A stretch of 59,062 nucleotides of DNA from Siculibacillus sp. (GTDB taxonomy: Bacteria > Pseudomonadota > Alphaproteobacteria > Rhizobiales > Ancalomicrobiaceae): the NCBI GenBank assembly GCA_040275425.1, contig JBEOKB010000041.1, positions 1 through 59,062 of the forward strand, in the 5' to 3' direction. Shown in pieces: positions 29,115 to 42,826 of this stretch. How positions within the stretch are numbered: the stretch's first letter is position 1; each line of letters starts with the position of its first letter. The notes beneath the pieces are model-generated. The model was not told the origin of the DNA. It made no database searches and worked only from the letters and a program-made list of their open reading frames with translations. The translations under genes and the position numbers were made by a program.

Positions 29115-30395
29115 TCAGCCGCCCGAACGCGGCACCGCGACCCGCGCCACCGGCGCCGGCGGCACACCCTCGGCGAGGTCGACCGGCCCGCTCAGCGGCA
29201 GCCCGAGGGTCTGCCACACGTCGACCAGCGCGTTCTTCAGCTTCTCGATCAGCGCGTCGTCGTGGAACGGCGTCGGCGTGATGCGCAGCCGCTCGGTTCC
29301 GCGCGGCACGGTCGGATAGTTGATCGGCTGGATGTAGATGCCGTGCACCTCGAGCAGCATGTCCGAGGCCTTCTTGCACAGGTCCGGATCGCCGACGAAC
29401 ACCGGCACGATGTGCGTGGCGGTCGGCATGACCGGCAGCCCGACCGCGCCCAGCACGTCCTTGGTGCGCTGCGCCTGGCGCTGCTGCATGTCGCGCTCGG
29501 CGGGTGAGCGCTTGAGATGGCGGATCGAGGCGGCGGCGGCGGCGGCGATCGCCGGCGGCAGCGCCGTGGTGAAGATGAAGCCCGGCGCATAGGAGCGCAC
29601 CGCGTCGCAGATCGCCTTGGTCGCGGTGATGTAGCCGCCGAGCGTGCCGAACGCCTTGGCCAGCGTCCCCTCGATCACGTCGATGCGGTGCATGACGCCC
29701 TCGCGGTCGGCGATGCCGCCGCCGCGCGGTCCGTACATGCCGACGGCATGGACCTCGTCGATGTAGGTCAGCGCGCCGTACTTCTCCGCGACGTCGCAGA
29801 TCTCCTTGATCGGCGAGATGTCGCCGTCCATCGAATAGACGCTCTCGAACACGATCAGTTTGGCCCGGCCCGGCTCGGACGCGGCCAGGAGCTCCTCGAG
29901 ATGGGCGACGTCGTTGTGCCGCCACAGCTTCTTCTCGCAGCCCGAGCGGCGGATGCCCTCGATCATCGAGGCATGGTTGAGTTCGTCAGACAGGATCAGG
30001 CAGTCCGGCAGGAGCCGCGCGATCGTCGAGATCGCCGCCTCGTTCGAGACGAAGCCGGAGGTGAAGACCAGGCCCGCCTCCTTGCCGTGCAGGTCGGCGA
30101 GTTCGGCCTCGAGCTCGACCAGCGGATGGTTGGTGCCGGAGATGTTGCGCGTGCCGCCGGCGCCCGCGCCCATGCCCGACGCCGTCTCGATCATCGCGCC
30201 GAGCACGCTCTGGTGCTGACCCATGCCGAGATAGTCGTTGGAACACCACACGACGATCTCGCGCGCCTGCTCCTCCTTGCGCCAGATGGCGTGCGGGAAC
30301 CGACCGACGATGCGCTCGAGGTCTGCGAACACCCGGTAGCGCTTCTCGGCCTTGAGCTGGTCGATCGCGCCCTCGAAAATCGACTGATAATCCAT
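29115..30395 (-). CDS. hemA: 5-aminolevulinate synthase
   Basis: [53 protein letters not shown] 30395 with GAGG RBS. Confidence 0.97.
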   Translation of the reverse strand: MDYQSIFEGAIDQLKAEKRYRVFADLERIVGRFPHAIWRKEEQAREIVVWCSNDYLGMGQHQSVLGAMIETASGMGAGAGGTRNISGTNHPLVELEAELADLHGKEAGLVFTSGFVSNEAAISTIARLLPDCLILSDELNHASMIEGIRRSGCEKKLWRHNDVAHLEELLAASEPGRAKLIVFESVYSMDGDISPIKEICDVAEKYGALTYIDEVHAVGMYGPRGGGIADREGVMHRIDVIEGTLAKAFGTLGGYITATKAICDAVRSYAPGFIFTTALPPAIAAAAAASIRHLKRSPAERDMQQRQAQRTKDVLGAVGLPVMPTATHIVPVFVGDPDLCKKASDMLLEVHGIYIQPINYPTVPRGTERLRITPTPFHDDALIEKLKNALVDVWQTLGLPLSGPVDLAEGVPPAPVARVAVPRSGG

Positions 30396-30611
30396 GTCCG
30401 TCCTCGAGCCCTTCTCACTCGTCCACGAGCGCGCGACGTTCGTTCGTTCCCGGTCTTTCGGCGCCGTCGCGCCGAGGTCTCGCGGGAGCCCCTCGTATCG
30501 AACGTCGATCCGCCATCGTGGCGTCTGCCGCACGAGCGGTCGACCGTCGAGACGCCTCGACCACCGCCCGCCTGCTCCTCCATTATTAGACTTACTAGAT
30601 TTCCAGGCACT

Positions 30612-30625
30612 TTGACCATGATCAA
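30612..30625 (-). promoter_or_regulatory. FNR/FixK box upstream of hemA
   Basis: TTGAC-CATG-ATCAA, with an AT-rich -10-like TAATAAT on the minus strand at 30588-30582. Confidence 0.85.
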
Positions 30626-30742
30626 GGTGGACACATTTCAGTCGGCGGGGCCTACCTTCGCCGTGGCCGGTCGTCGCAGGCGCCACGGCAACGGCTCGTT
30701 CACCTTTCTGGGCGATTCTCCCCTCACGGAGGGGGAAACCCG

Positions 30743-31252
30743 GTGAACCTCGATCTTTCGTCCCTGACCTTCCTGGTCGTCGAAGACAGTGCCTACATGC
30801 GGACGATCCTGCGCACCATGCTGCAGGGCTTCGGCGCGCGCCGCATCGTCGAGGCCGAGGACGGCGCCTCCGGCCTCGAGGCCATGGACCGCTCCAATCC
30901 GGACATCCTCATTCTCGACTGGGTCATGCCGATCCTCGACGGCGCCGACATGGTGCGGATGATCAGAAACCCGCAGAATCCCTTCGCCTACGTGCCGGTG
31001 ATCATGGTCACCGCCCACACCGAGCGCTCGCGCATCCTCGAGGCGCGCAAGCTCGGCATCCACGAGTTGCTGTGCAAGCCGATCTCCGCCAAGGCGCTCT
31101 ATCAGCGCATCGCCAGCGTGATCATGCACCCGCGCGAATTCGTGAAGACCCCGTCCTATTTCGGCCCCGCCCCGCGCGCCATCCGCAACCGCCAGAAGAT
31201 CTGGCAGGCCAAGCCCGGCGCTCCCCCCTCCGGCGGCGGCATGGCCGCCTGA
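30743..31252 (+). CDS. CheY-like response regulator with Cle-like C-terminal extension
   Basis: VVEDS, DWVMP, CKP receiver motifs, tail [19 protein letters not shown] start with GGAGG RBS. Confidence 0.8.
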   Translation: MNLDLSSLTFLVVEDSAYMRTILRTMLQGFGARRIVEAEDGASGLEAMDRSNPDILILDWVMPILDGADMVRMIRNPQNPFAYVPVIMVTAHTERSRILEARKLGIHELLCKPISAKALYQRIASVIMHPREFVKTPSYFGPAPRAIRNRQKIWQAKPGAPPSGGGMAA

Positions 31253-31384
31253 CGTCGCCGCGCCGCCGTTTCGACCGCGCCTCGTCTCGCGCGACTTGTC
31301 GTCGCGCCCCGGCGCGACCTGTGGCACAAGGGGCGTCGACCGAGGTGATCCGGGGTGGGATCGCCGGTGTGTTCGAGAGGGAAG

Positions 31385-32746
31385 ATGGTGAGCCTTCGGC
31401 CGGGCGGCGCCGCCGCCGTGTTCCTGAAGCGGGTGGGGACCGTGTCCGGTTTCACCATGCTGAGCCGCGTCACCGGCCTCGTCCGCGACGTCGTCCTCGC
31501 CTGGATCATCGGCGCGGGCCCTCTGGCCGACGCCTTCTTCATCGCCCTGCGCATCCCCAATCACTTCCGCGCCCTGTTCGCCGAGGGCGCCTTCAACGCC
31601 GCCTTCGTGCCGACCTACGCCGGAACCCTGGAACGCGACGGCGCCGAGCGGGCGCTGCTGTTCGCCGCCCGCGTCCTCGGCGCGCTCCTGGCGGTGCAGA
31701 TCGTCATCCTCGTCGCCGCCGAAGTGTGGACGCCCGGCCTCCTCGGCCTGATCGCCCCCGGCTTCGAGAAGGACCCGGTGCTCGGCGATCTGACCGTGCG
31801 CCTCACCCGCATCACCTTCCCCTATCTCGCCTTCGTCACCCTGGTGACGCTGTGGTCGGCCGTTCTCAACGCCCATCATCGCTATGCGGCGGCGGCCGGG
31901 GCCTCGGTGTTGTTCAACGTCTCCATCGTCGCCTGCGTCCTCGCCGCCGCCCCCTTCGCGGTCGGACGGCCCGAGGTGCCGGTCCATGCCGCCGCGATCG
32001 GCGTCGCGCTCGCCGGTGTCGCCGAGCTGCTTCTGGTGGTGTGGGCGATGCGCCCGCTCGGCTTCGCGCTCGCGCCCGCCCGGCCCGTCCTCGACGTCGA
32101 GGTCGTGACCTTCCTGAAGCGCCTCGGCCCGGCCACCATCGGCTCGGGCGCCTCGCAGATCGCCATGTTCGTCGACACCATCCTCGCCGCCGCCCTGCCG
32201 CTCGGCGCGGTCTCGGCCATGTACTACGCCGACCGGCTCTATCAGCTGCCGATCGGCGTCATCGCCATCGCCATCGGCACGGTGCTGCTGCCCGAGCTCT
32301 CCCGCCGCTTCGCCGCCGAGGACGCCGACGGGGCCCGCCGTGCCCAGCGCCGGGCGATCCTGTGGTCGACCGTGCTCACCGCCCCCTTCGTCGCCGCCTT
32401 CCTGATCTTCCCGGACCTGCTGGTGAAGATCGCCTTCGCCCGCGGCGCCTTCGACGCCGCCGCCACCGCCCGCGCCGCCGCCACCCTCCAGGCCTACGGC
32501 TTCGGCCTCCTCGCCGTGGTGCTGCTGCGCTCGGTCGTGCCCGGCTATCACGCGCGCGGCGACACCCGCACCCCGATGTGGGTCGCCTTCGTCGCCATCG
32601 GCGTGAACGTCGCCCTCAAGTTCGTGCTCACCGGCCCGTGGGACGTCGCCGGCCTCGCCCTCGCCACCTCGGTCGGCGCCTGGGTCAACCTCGGCCTGCT
32701 GGTGATCCTCGATCGCCGCCGAAACGCCTCTCCGCCCGCCGCCTGA
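31385..32746 (+). CDS. murJ: Lipid II flippase MurJ/MviN, C-terminally short
   Basis: SRVTGLVRD, PNHFRALFAEGAFNAAFVP, YYADRLYQLP, RGAF, ARGDTRTP. Start 31385 (RBS) or GTG 31418 (usual length). Confidence 0.9.
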   Translation: MVSLRPGGAAAVFLKRVGTVSGFTMLSRVTGLVRDVVLAWIIGAGPLADAFFIALRIPNHFRALFAEGAFNAAFVPTYAGTLERDGAERALLFAARVLGALLAVQIVILVAAEVWTPGLLGLIAPGFEKDPVLGDLTVRLTRITFPYLAFVTLVTLWSAVLNAHHRYAAAAGASVLFNVSIVACVLAAAPFAVGRPEVPVHAAAIGVALAGVAELLLVVWAMRPLGFALAPARPVLDVEVVTFLKRLGPATIGSGASQIAMFVDTILAAALPLGAVSAMYYADRLYQLPIGVIAIAIGTVLLPELSRRFAAEDADGARRAQRRAILWSTVLTAPFVAAFLIFPDLLVKIAFARGAFDAAATARAAATLQAYGFGLLAVVLLRSVVPGYHARGDTRTPMWVAFVAIGVNVALKFVLTGPWDVAGLALATSVGAWVNLGLLVILDRRRNASPPAA

Positions 32747-32850
32747 ACCCCGACCTCCTCGGTCGATGACCCATCTTGCACCTGCAACTGGTCCGGCGCA
32801 CGATCCGCGCGTCGGACGGTCGGCCCGGCGGGAAGCGAAAGGGGGTTCTC

Positions 32851-33789
32851 GTGAGAAGCGACGGCGCGATCCTCTCGACCTCGTTCCGCTATTTCCTCGC
32901 CGTCGCCGACGCCGGCTCGATCCGCGCCGCCGCGCGCGAACTCAACATCGTCTCCTCGGCGGTCAACCGGCAGATCCTCCTGCTCGAGGAGAGCCTCGGC
33001 ATCCGCCTGTTCGACCGCGTCGGCCGTGGCCTGCGCCTGTCGGAGGCGGGCACCATTCTCGCCCGTCAGGTGCGAGAGACCCTCGACCGCTACGACGACA
33101 CCGTCGCCGAGCTCGACACCCTGCGCGGCCTGCGCCGGGGCCGCATCCGCATCGCCACCGTCGAGAGCACCTCGGTCGAGCGCCTGCCGCTGCTTCTGGC
33201 CGAATACTGGCGCCGCTGGCCCGGCATCGAGGTGGTGCTGACCATGGCCGGCGCCGAGGAGGTGACGCGCCTCGTCGACGAGGGCCTCGCCGACGTCGGT
33301 TTCACCTTCTCCACCCACGATCTCGAAGGCCTGCGCATCGTCCATCAGGAGCCGCACGCCCTCGGCGCCGTGCTCGCGCCCGACCACCCCCTCGCCGATC
33401 GACCCGGTCTCGCCTTCGCCGACCTGGTCGGCGAGCCGCTGATCCTGCCCGCGCGCGGCATGTCGCTGCGGGTGGCGCTCGAGCCGTTCCTCCAGCGCCA
33501 CCGCCGCCGCCTGACCTTGCGCGCCGAGTGCAATTCGCTGCGCCTCATGGCCAAGCTGGTCGAGTGCTCGCGGGCCGTCGGCTTCCAGACCCGCATCGGC
33601 ATCGAGGCCGAGACCCGCGCCGGAACCCTGAAGTGGCTCCCCATCGAGGATACCGACCTCGCCACCGACCGGTGCATGGTCGTCGCCCGCATCGGCACGA
33701 TTCCGAGTCTCGCGGTCGCCGCCTTCACCGATCTGGTCGAGGAGCTCTGGGGAACGGGTGATCGCCCCGCGCGCAGTTCCGCCCCGTGA
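32851..33789 (+). CDS. LysR-family regulator, probable regulator of the purine cluster
   Basis: [43 protein letters not shown] 32851. Confidence 0.88.
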   Translation: MRSDGAILSTSFRYFLAVADAGSIRAAARELNIVSSAVNRQILLLEESLGIRLFDRVGRGLRLSEAGTILARQVRETLDRYDDTVAELDTLRGLRRGRIRIATVESTSVERLPLLLAEYWRRWPGIEVVLTMAGAEEVTRLVDEGLADVGFTFSTHDLEGLRIVHQEPHALGAVLAPDHPLADRPGLAFADLVGEPLILPARGMSLRVALEPFLQRHRRRLTLRAECNSLRLMAKLVECSRAVGFQTRIGIEAETRAGTLKWLPIEDTDLATDRCMVVARIGTIPSLAVAAFTDLVEELWGTGDRPARSSAP

Positions 33790-33961
33790 TGCTCGAGATT
33801 CGCGCATGGGTTCCATTGCTGCCGAAAAGAGAGTGGACCGCTCGAAATTCTCCGCTGTTTCGAACGATCGAATTCGCGCATTCTTCGCCCCTGACGTGTT
33901 CGGGCGGGCGAAGTCGGGACGATTCGGCCGGTCGCGCCCGTTCCCACCCCTGGAGAGACGT

Positions 33962-34318
33962 ATGGGCCGGCTGACGACTCACGTACTCGATACCGTGTCC
34001 GGCATGCCCGCCTCCGGTCTGCAGGTCACGCTGTGGGCGATCTCGCCCGAGGGCGATCGCCGCCGTCTGGTCGAGGCCCGCACCAACCACGACGGCCGCG
34101 TCGACGCCCCTCTGCTCGAGGGCGGGACCTTCGTGCCGGGCGTCTACGAGCTGGTGTTCGGCGTCGGCGCCTATCTCTGGGCCGCCGGCCACGTCCTGCC
34201 GGACCCGGCCTTCCTCGACGAAGTTCCGATCCGTTTCGGCGTCGCCGACACCGATCGCCACCTCCACGTGCCGCTGCTGGTGTCCCCCTACGGATACTCC
34301 ACCTACCGCGGGAGCTGA
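33962..34318 (+). CDS. uraH: 5-hydroxyisourate hydrolase
   Basis: [18 protein letters not shown], terminal YRGS signature. GGAG RBS. Confidence 0.95.
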   Translation: MGRLTTHVLDTVSGMPASGLQVTLWAISPEGDRRRLVEARTNHDGRVDAPLLEGGTFVPGVYELVFGVGAYLWAAGHVLPDPAFLDEVPIRFGVADTDRHLHVPLLVSPYGYSTYRGS

Positions 34319-34324
34319 CCCCTC

Positions 34325-35818
34325 ATGCGCGGAACCCTCCGCTACCTCTCCCGTGGCCGCGTGATCGAGGTGGCGGACTTCGAGCCGGCGACGACCGTGC
34401 TCGATCACCTGCGTCTCGCGCGCGGTCTCACCGGCTCGAAGGAGGGCTGCGCCGAGGGCGATTGCGGTGCCTGCACCGTCGCGCTCGGCCGCCTCGTCGA
34501 CGGCCGCCTCGTCTACGAGCCGATCGCCGCCTGCATCCGCCTGCTCGGCTCGATCGACGGCTGCGAGCTGGTCACCGTCGAGGATCTCGCCGCCGAGGGC
34601 CGTCTGCACCCCGTCCAGGAGGCGCTGGTGCGCCACCACGGCTCCCAGTGCGGCTTCTGCACCCCCGGCATCGTCATGAGCCTGTTCACGCTGTGGAGCG
34701 AGGACCGCGAGGTCGACCGCGCCGCCGTGCTCGACCGCCTCGCCGGCAATCTGTGCCGCTGCACCGGCTATCGCCCGATCGTCGACGCCGGGCTCGACGC
34801 CTGCGCCGCCCGCCTCGATCACCGCCCGCCCGAGACCTTCCGCGCCCGCGCCGCCGAGACCGCCCGCGCGCTCGCCGCCCTCGACGACGGCTCCGATCTC
34901 TTCGTCGGCGACGAGCGGGTCTTCTTCGCCTCGCCCCGCCGCCTCGACACCGTGCTCGGCCTGATCGAGGCCTTCCCCGAGGCGACGCTCGTCGCCGGCG
35001 CCACCGACGTCGGCCTGTGGGTGACCAAGGACGGACAGCACCTGCCGCGCGTGATCCACCTCGGCCGGGTCGACGATCTCACTACCGTCACCGAGGCCGC
35101 CGACGCGCTGGAGATCGGCGCCGCCGTCTCGCTCGAGCGCGCCGGCGAGGTGCTCGGCCGCATCGACCCCGACGTCGCCGCGATCTTCCGCCGCATCGGC
35201 GCCGCCCAGGTGCGCGCCTCCGGCACCCTCGGCGGCAACATCGCCAACGGCTCGCCGATCGGCGATACCCCGCCGCTCCTGATCGCCCTCGGCGCGGTGA
35301 TCGAGCTGCGGCGCGGCGACGCCTCGCGCACCCTGCCGCTCGAGGAGTTCTTCCTCGCCTACGGCCGCCAGGACCGCGCCCCCGGCGAGATCCTCACCCG
35401 CGTCTTCGTGCCGCGTCTGGCCGACGACGAGGTCTTCCGCGCCTACAAGATCTCCAAGCGCCACGATCAGGACATCTCCGCCCTGCTGATGGCCCTGCGC
35501 CTGACCCTCGACGGCAGCTCGATCGTCGACGCCCGCCTCGCCTTCGGCGGCATGGCCGGAACGCCGAAGCGCGCCGCCGCGGCGGAAGCGGCGCTGATCG
35601 GTGCCTCGCTCGCCGAGGCCGCCAGCTGGCGCCCCGCCCTCGACGCCCTGCGCGCCGACTTCACGCCGCTCTCCGACCATCGCGCCTCGGCCGACTACCG
35701 CACCGAGGTCGCCGTCGGCCTGCTCGGCAAGGCACTCGCCGAGATCGCCGGGACGCCGTCGGTCAAGACGAGAGTGTTCGAACGTCGCGGGGAGGGGACC
35801 CATGCCCGCAACCTCTGA
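34325..35818 (+). CDS. xdhA: Xanthine dehydrogenase FeS/FAD subunit
   Basis: [47 protein letters not shown]. Confidence 0.95.
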   Translation: MRGTLRYLSRGRVIEVADFEPATTVLDHLRLARGLTGSKEGCAEGDCGACTVALGRLVDGRLVYEPIAACIRLLGSIDGCELVTVEDLAAEGRLHPVQEALVRHHGSQCGFCTPGIVMSLFTLWSEDREVDRAAVLDRLAGNLCRCTGYRPIVDAGLDACAARLDHRPPETFRARAAETARALAALDDGSDLFVGDERVFFASPRRLDTVLGLIEAFPEATLVAGATDVGLWVTKDGQHLPRVIHLGRVDDLTTVTEAADALEIGAAVSLERAGEVLGRIDPDVAAIFRRIGAAQVRASGTLGGNIANGSPIGDTPPLLIALGAVIELRRGDASRTLPLEEFFLAYGRQDRAPGEILTRVFVPRLADDEVFRAYKISKRHDQDISALLMALRLTLDGSSIVDARLAFGGMAGTPKRAAAAEAALIGASLAEAASWRPALDALRADFTPLSDHRASADYRTEVAVGLLGKALAEIAGTPSVKTRVFERRGEGTHARNL

Positions 35819-38141
35819 TCCCACCGCCCGCCTCGTCGGCCGGTCGGTGCCCCACGACGGCGCCGTGCGCCACGTCACCGGCACCGCGCCCTACGTCGAC
35901 GATCTGCCCGAGCCCGCCGGCACCCTCCACGTCGCCCCCGGCTGGTGTCGCGAGGCCGCGCGTGGCCGCCTGATCGCGATCGATCTCGACGCGGTGCGGA
36001 CCGCCCCCGGCGTCGTCGCCGTGCTCACCGCCGCCGACGTGCCCGGCCCCAACGATTGTTCGCCCTCGATCGGCGGCGATCCCGTCTTCGCCGAGGGCGA
36101 GATCCTGTTCCACGGTCAGGTCGCCTTCGCGGTCGTCGCCCGCACCCGCGCCGCCGCCCGCGCCGCCGCCCGCCTCGCCCGCTTCGAGGTCGAGGCCGAG
36201 CGCCCTGCCGTCTCCATCGCCGACGCCGTCGATCGCGGCTCAGACGTGCTGCCGCCCTACGAGTTCCGCAAGGCCGACGTCGCCGCGGCGCTCGCCGCCA
36301 GCCCGCGCGGCCTCGACGGCACCTTCTTCATCGGCGGCCAGGAACACTTCTACCTCGAGACCCAGACCGCCTTCGCCCAACCGAGGGAGGGCGGCGAGAT
36401 CCTGATCCTCGCCTCGACCCAGCACCCGACCGAGGTCTCCCACGTCGCCGCCCGCGTCCTCGGCCTGCCCGAGGCGGCGGTGGTGTGCGAATGCCGGCGC
36501 ATGGGCGGCGGCTTCGGCGGCAAGGAGAGCCAGGCGACCCAGTGGGCGGTGATCGCCGCCCTCGCCGCGCGCGTCACCGGCCGCCCCGCCAAGCTGCGTC
36601 TCGACCGCGACGACGACATGGTCATGACCGGCAAGCGCCACGACTTCCGCGCCGACTGGTCGGTCGGCTACGACGAGCGCGGCCGCGTCCACGCCGTCGA
36701 CGTGTCGTTCCTCGCCCGCTGCGGCTACTCCGCCGATCTGTCGCAGGGCGTAGTCGACCGCACCATGTTCCACGCCGACAACGCCTACGACTACCCCGCC
36801 GCCCGCATCCGCACCCGCCGCCTCCTCACCGACACCGTCTCGAACACGGCGTTCCGCGGCTTCGGCGGCCCCCAGGGTATGGCCTTCGCCGAGCGCATGA
36901 TGGACGCGATCGCCGTCGATCTCGAGATCGACCCGCTCGACGTCCGCCTCGCCAACCTCTACCCCGACGCCGCCTCGCCCGATCACGGCGTCACCCCCTA
37001 CGGCCAGGTGGTCGACGACGGCTGCCTCCAGGTCCTGGTCGGCGAGCTGGAGCGCACCTCGGACTATCGCGCCCGTGTCGCCGAGATCGACGCCTTCAAC
37101 CTGTCGAGCCCGGTGCTCCGCCGCGGCATCGCCCTCACCCCGGTCAAGTTCGGCATCTCCTTCACCCTGACCCATCTCAATCAGGGCGCGGCGCTGGTGC
37201 ACCTCTACGCCGACGGCTCGGTCGCGGTGAACCACGGCGGCACCGAGATGGGCCAGGGGCTCCACACCAAGGTGCTGCAGATCGCCGCCGACGTGTTCGG
37301 TCTCGGCCTCGACCGCGTTCGCATCGCCGCGACCTCGACCGCCAAGGTGCCCAACACCGCCCCGACCGCCGCCTCGTCCGGCACCGATCTCAACGGCATG
37401 GCCGTGAAGCGCGCCGCCGAGACCATCCGCGCCCGCCTCGCCGAGGTCGCCGCCGCCCTCCTCGCCGTGCCGGCCGAGACGGTGCGCTTCGCCGGCGGTC
37501 GCGTCGGTGCCGGCGAGCGGACCATGCCCTTCGCCGACCTCGCCCGTCAGGCCCATCTCGCCCGCGTGCCGCTGTCGGCGACCGGCTTCTGGGCCACGCC
37601 CGATCTCGCCTGGGACCGCCTGCGCGCCCACGGCCGCCCGTTCTTCTACTTCGCCTGCGGCGCCGCCTGTTCGGAGGTGGTGGTCGACACCATCACCGGC
37701 GAGATGCGCGTCGCCCGCGTCGACCTCCTCCACGACGTCGGCCGCTCGCTCAATCCGGCCATCGACGTCGGCCAGATCGAGGGCGGCTTCGTCCAGGGCC
37801 TCGGCTGGGTCACCACCGAGGAACTGGTCCACGACGACGACGGCCGCCTGCGCACCCGTTCGCCCTCGACCTACAAGATCCCCACCGCCTTCGACGTGCC
37901 CGAGGACTTCCGCGTCGCCCTGTGGGCGAGCGAGGGCAACAGCGTCGAGACCGTCCATCGCTCCAAGGCCGTCGGCGAGCCGCCGTTGATGCTGGCGCTG
38001 TCGGTCCATTCGGCGATCCTGCGCGCGGTCGGCTCGCTCGCCCCCGGCCGTCTGCCGCCGCTCGATCTGCCCGCCACCCCCGAGGCGATCCTGCGGGCGG
38101 TCCAGGCGATGCGCCATCCCCTCGGCGGAGGCCGATCGTGA
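35802..38141 (+). CDS. xdhB: Xanthine dehydrogenase molybdopterin subunit
   Basis: [42 protein letters not shown]. Confidence 0.95.
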   Translation: MPATSDPTARLVGRSVPHDGAVRHVTGTAPYVDDLPEPAGTLHVAPGWCREAARGRLIAIDLDAVRTAPGVVAVLTAADVPGPNDCSPSIGGDPVFAEGEILFHGQVAFAVVARTRAAARAAARLARFEVEAERPAVSIADAVDRGSDVLPPYEFRKADVAAALAASPRGLDGTFFIGGQEHFYLETQTAFAQPREGGEILILASTQHPTEVSHVAARVLGLPEAAVVCECRRMGGGFGGKESQATQWAVIAALAARVTGRPAKLRLDRDDDMVMTGKRHDFRADWSVGYDERGRVHAVDVSFLARCGYSADLSQGVVDRTMFHADNAYDYPAARIRTRRLLTDTVSNTAFRGFGGPQGMAFAERMMDAIAVDLEIDPLDVRLANLYPDAASPDHGVTPYGQVVDDGCLQVLVGELERTSDYRARVAEIDAFNLSSPVLRRGIALTPVKFGISFTLTHLNQGAALVHLYADGSVAVNHGGTEMGQGLHTKVLQIAADVFGLGLDRVRIAATSTAKVPNTAPTAASSGTDLNGMAVKRAAETIRARLAEVAAALLAVPAETVRFAGGRVGAGERTMPFADLARQAHLARVPLSATGFWATPDLAWDRLRAHGRPFFYFACGAACSEVVVDTITGEMRVARVDLLHDVGRSLNPAIDVGQIEGGFVQGLGWVTTEELVHDDDGRLRTRSPSTYKIPTAFDVPEDFRVALWASEGNSVETVHRSKAVGEPPLMLALSVHSAILRAVGSLAPGRLPPLDLPATPEAILRAVQAMRHPLGGGRS

Positions 38142-39126
38142 CGGGAACCTGGGCCCGCGTCGTCGATCTGCTCGAGACCCACGGGCGCCTCGCTCGGGTT
38201 TCGGTGGTCGCCGTCGCCGGCTCCGCCCCGCGCGAGGTCGGCGCCGAGCTGATCCTGCGCCCGGACGGCGGCTTTCACGGCACCATCGGCGGCGGCGCTC
38301 TCGAGTGGCGCGCCCTCGATCTCGCCCGCGCCGCGCTCGCCGCCCGCGATCCCGATGTTCTGCTGCGCGAGGTCGTGCTCGGCCCCGATCTCGGCCAGTG
38401 CTGCGGCGGCCACGTCACCTTCGGCGTCGAGATCCTCGATCGCACCGCCCTCGCCGAGGCCCGCGCCCTCGCCGCCGCCGAGGCCGCCGGGCCGTTCCGC
38501 ACCCGCGCCACCGTCGGCGCCGGTCGCCTCGATCGCCGCATCGTCACAGCCGCCGACCGCGCCCCGCTCGGTCTGCACCCCGACCGCACCCTGATCGAGC
38601 GATTCGGCGACGACCGCCGCCCGCTCGTCCTGTTCGGCGCCGGACACCTCGGCCGCGCCGTCGTCCTGGCGCTGGCGCCGCTGCCCTTTCGCCTCGACTG
38701 GGTCGACGAGCGCCCCGACGCCTTTCCGGCGGCGATGCCCGCCAATGTCCGTTCCCTCGCCCCGGCCGAACCGCCGACCGCGCTGGCCGCCGCTCCCGCC
38801 GGGGCCTTCGTGCTGGTCGCCACCCACGATCACGCCCGCGACTTCGCCCTGGTCGACGCCGCGCTCTCCCGCCCCGATCTGCCCTGGATCGGTGTCGTCG
38901 GCTCGCTAACCAAGCGTGCTCGTTTCGTGAGCAGACTTTCGCAAATAGGGCATGACGAGCGCGAGATCCGTCGTATGGTTTGTCCGATCGGGAGCATGGG
39001 GATACGGTCGAAGCATCCGGCCGTCATCGCCGCCGCCGTGGCCGTGGAACTCCTCGTCGCCGACGAGGCGACGCGCGGGTCGGGCGAGGTTCGAGACGGA
39101 GACGCGTGCGTGCGAGAGGAGAAGCC

Positions 39127-39130
<4 letters not shown>
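38138..39130 (+). CDS. xdhC: Xanthine dehydrogenase accessory protein
   Basis: GSAPRE, GTIGGGALE, LGPDLGQCCGG, LFGAGH, THDH. GTGA overlap with xdhB. Confidence 0.92.
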
Positions 39131-40729
<1,599 letters not shown>

Positions 40730-40740
<11 letters not shown>

Positions 40741-41812
40741 ACTGGAAAAGCGCGCCGAACGCTCCAGGGTGATGGCCTGGGCCTCGCCCGTCGTCGCCGT
40801 GGTGGCGACGCTGCTGACCGGCGCGGCGATCTTCGCCGCCATCGGCATCCCGCCGATCAAGGGCCTCACCGTGTTCTTCCTCGAGCCCTTCTCCACCCTG
40901 TGGAGCCTCGAGGAACTGGTGGTCAAGGCGACGCCGCTGATTCTGATCGGCATCGGCCTTTCGCTCGCCTATCGCGCCAACGTCTGGAACATCGGCGCCG
41001 AGGGCCAGTTGACCGCCGGCGCCCTGCTCGGCGCCACCGTGCCGATCCTGTTCAACTCCTGGCAGTCGCCGCTGACGCTGGTCGCCATGCTCGCCCTCGG
41101 CGTGATCGGCGGCATGCTGTGGGCCCTGATCCCGGCGTTCTTGAAGATCCGCACCGGCGCCAACGAGATTCTGGTGTCGCTGATGCTGGTCTACGTCGCC
41201 CAGCTCCTGCTCGATTGGGTGGTGCGCGGCCCCTGGCGCGATCCCAAGGGCTACAACTTCCCCAAGTCGGTGTCGTTCGAGGGCTGGCAGACCCTGCCCA
41301 CCATCGGCGACGGGCGCCTCAATCTCGGCATCGTGCTGGCGATCCTGCTGGCGATCGCCCTGGCGGTCCTGCTGCGCCACACCCTCAAGGGCTTCGAGAT
41401 CCGCGTGCTCGGCGAGGCGCCGCGCGCCGGTCGCTTCGCCGGCTTCTCCTCCGACCGCATGGTGCTGTTCGCCTTCATGGTGTCGGGCGGCCTCGCCGGT
41501 CTCGCCGGGGTGGTCGAGCTGGCAGGCACCGTCGGCCAGCTCCAGCCCAACATCTCGCCCGGCTACGGTTTCACCGCCATCATCGTCGCCTTCCTCGGCC
41601 GTCTCGATCCGATCGGCGTCGTCGTCGCCGCGCTGATGCTGGCGGTGAGCTACCTCGGCGGCGAGGCGGCCCAGATCGCCCTCGGCCTGTCCGACAAGGC
41701 GGCGCGCGTGTTCCAGGGCGTGCTGCTGTTCTGGGTGCTCGCCTGCGACACCCTGATCCTCTATCGCATCCGCGTCGTGCGGACCGCGACCACCGCGGAG
41801 GCCGCCCGATGA
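40730..41812 (+). CDS. ABC transporter permease (nucleoside/purine)
   Basis: Multi-TM, NIGAEGQ, GYGFTAIIVAFLGRL. Confidence 0.92.
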
Positions 41813-42738
41813 TCGCTTCCTCCGCCCTCGAGGCCGTGCTGCTGACCATCGTCACCGCCTCGACGCCGCTGCTCCTCGCCGCCATCGGCGAACTGGTCAC
41901 CGAGCGCGCCGGGGTGCTCAACCTCGGCGTCGAGGGCATGATGGTGGTCGGCGCCGTCGCCGGCTTCGGCGTGGCGCTGTCGACCGGCTCGCCGCTCTAC
42001 GGCATCCTCGCCTCCGCCGCCGCCGGCATGGCCCTGGCCGTGCCCTTCGGCGTGCTGACGCTCAATCTCGTCGCCAATCAGGTCGCCACCGGCCTCGCGC
42101 TGACCCTGCTCGGCCTCGGTCTGTCCGGCCTCGCCGGCGAACGCTTCGTCGGCCAACCGGGCGTGCGCCTGGAGAAGCTGCACCTGCCCGTCCTCGGCGA
42201 CATCCCCTTCGTCGGGCCGCTGCTGTTCGGCCAGGACCTGCTGGTCTATCTGTCGCTCGCCGCCGCCGCCGTGGTGTCCTTCGTGATCTTCCGCACCCGC
42301 ATCGGCCTGATCCTGCGCGCCGTCGGCGACAACCACGCCTCCGCCCATGCCCTCGGCTTCTCGGTGATCCGGGTGCGCTGGGCGGCGGTCTTGTTCGGCG
42401 GCGCCATGTGCGGCCTCGGCGGCGGCTATCTCTCGCTCGCCTACACCCCGCAGTGGGTCGAGAACATGACCGCCGGTCGCGGCTGGATCGCGCTGGCGCT
42501 GGTGGTGTTCTCCTCCTGGCTGCCGGGTCGGCTGGTGATCGGCGCCTATCTGTTCGGCGCCGTCACCATCCTCGGCTTCTACGTCCAGGGCCTCGGCATC
42601 GGCGTGCCCGCGCAGTTGCTGTCGTCGCTGCCCTACCTCGTCACCGTCGTCGCCCTGGTGGTGATCTCCCGGCGTCGCGGCTCGGCCCGCGCCGATACCC
42701 CCGCCTGCCTCGGTCAGCCCTTCGTGCCGGATCGATGA
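41809..42738 (+). CDS. ABC transporter permease (nucleoside/purine)
   Basis: ERAGVLNLGVEGMM, GRGWIALALV. ATGA overlap. Confidence 0.92.
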   Translation: MIASSALEAVLLTIVTASTPLLLAAIGELVTERAGVLNLGVEGMMVVGAVAGFGVALSTGSPLYGILASAAAGMALAVPFGVLTLNLVANQVATGLALTLLGLGLSGLAGERFVGQPGVRLEKLHLPVLGDIPFVGPLLFGQDLLVYLSLAAAAVVSFVIFRTRIGLILRAVGDNHASAHALGFSVIRVRWAAVLFGGAMCGLGGGYLSLAYTPQWVENMTAGRGWIALALVVFSSWLPGRLVIGAYLFGAVTILGFYVQGLGIGVPAQLLSSLPYLVTVVALVVISRRRGSARADTPACLGQPFVPDR

Positions 42739-42826
42739 TCTCGCCGTCCCTTCGCCGGGTCGCCCGTTCGCGGTCGGGCACCCTGCCTCTCTGGTCTACC
42801 GCCGCCTGCGTATGGAGGAAGTTCCC

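Noticed and set aside
33790-33961. Possible purine/xanthine riboswitch before uraH
   Set aside because: No consensus recognisable by eye; a LysR-controlled promoter explains the gap. An Rfam scan would settle it.
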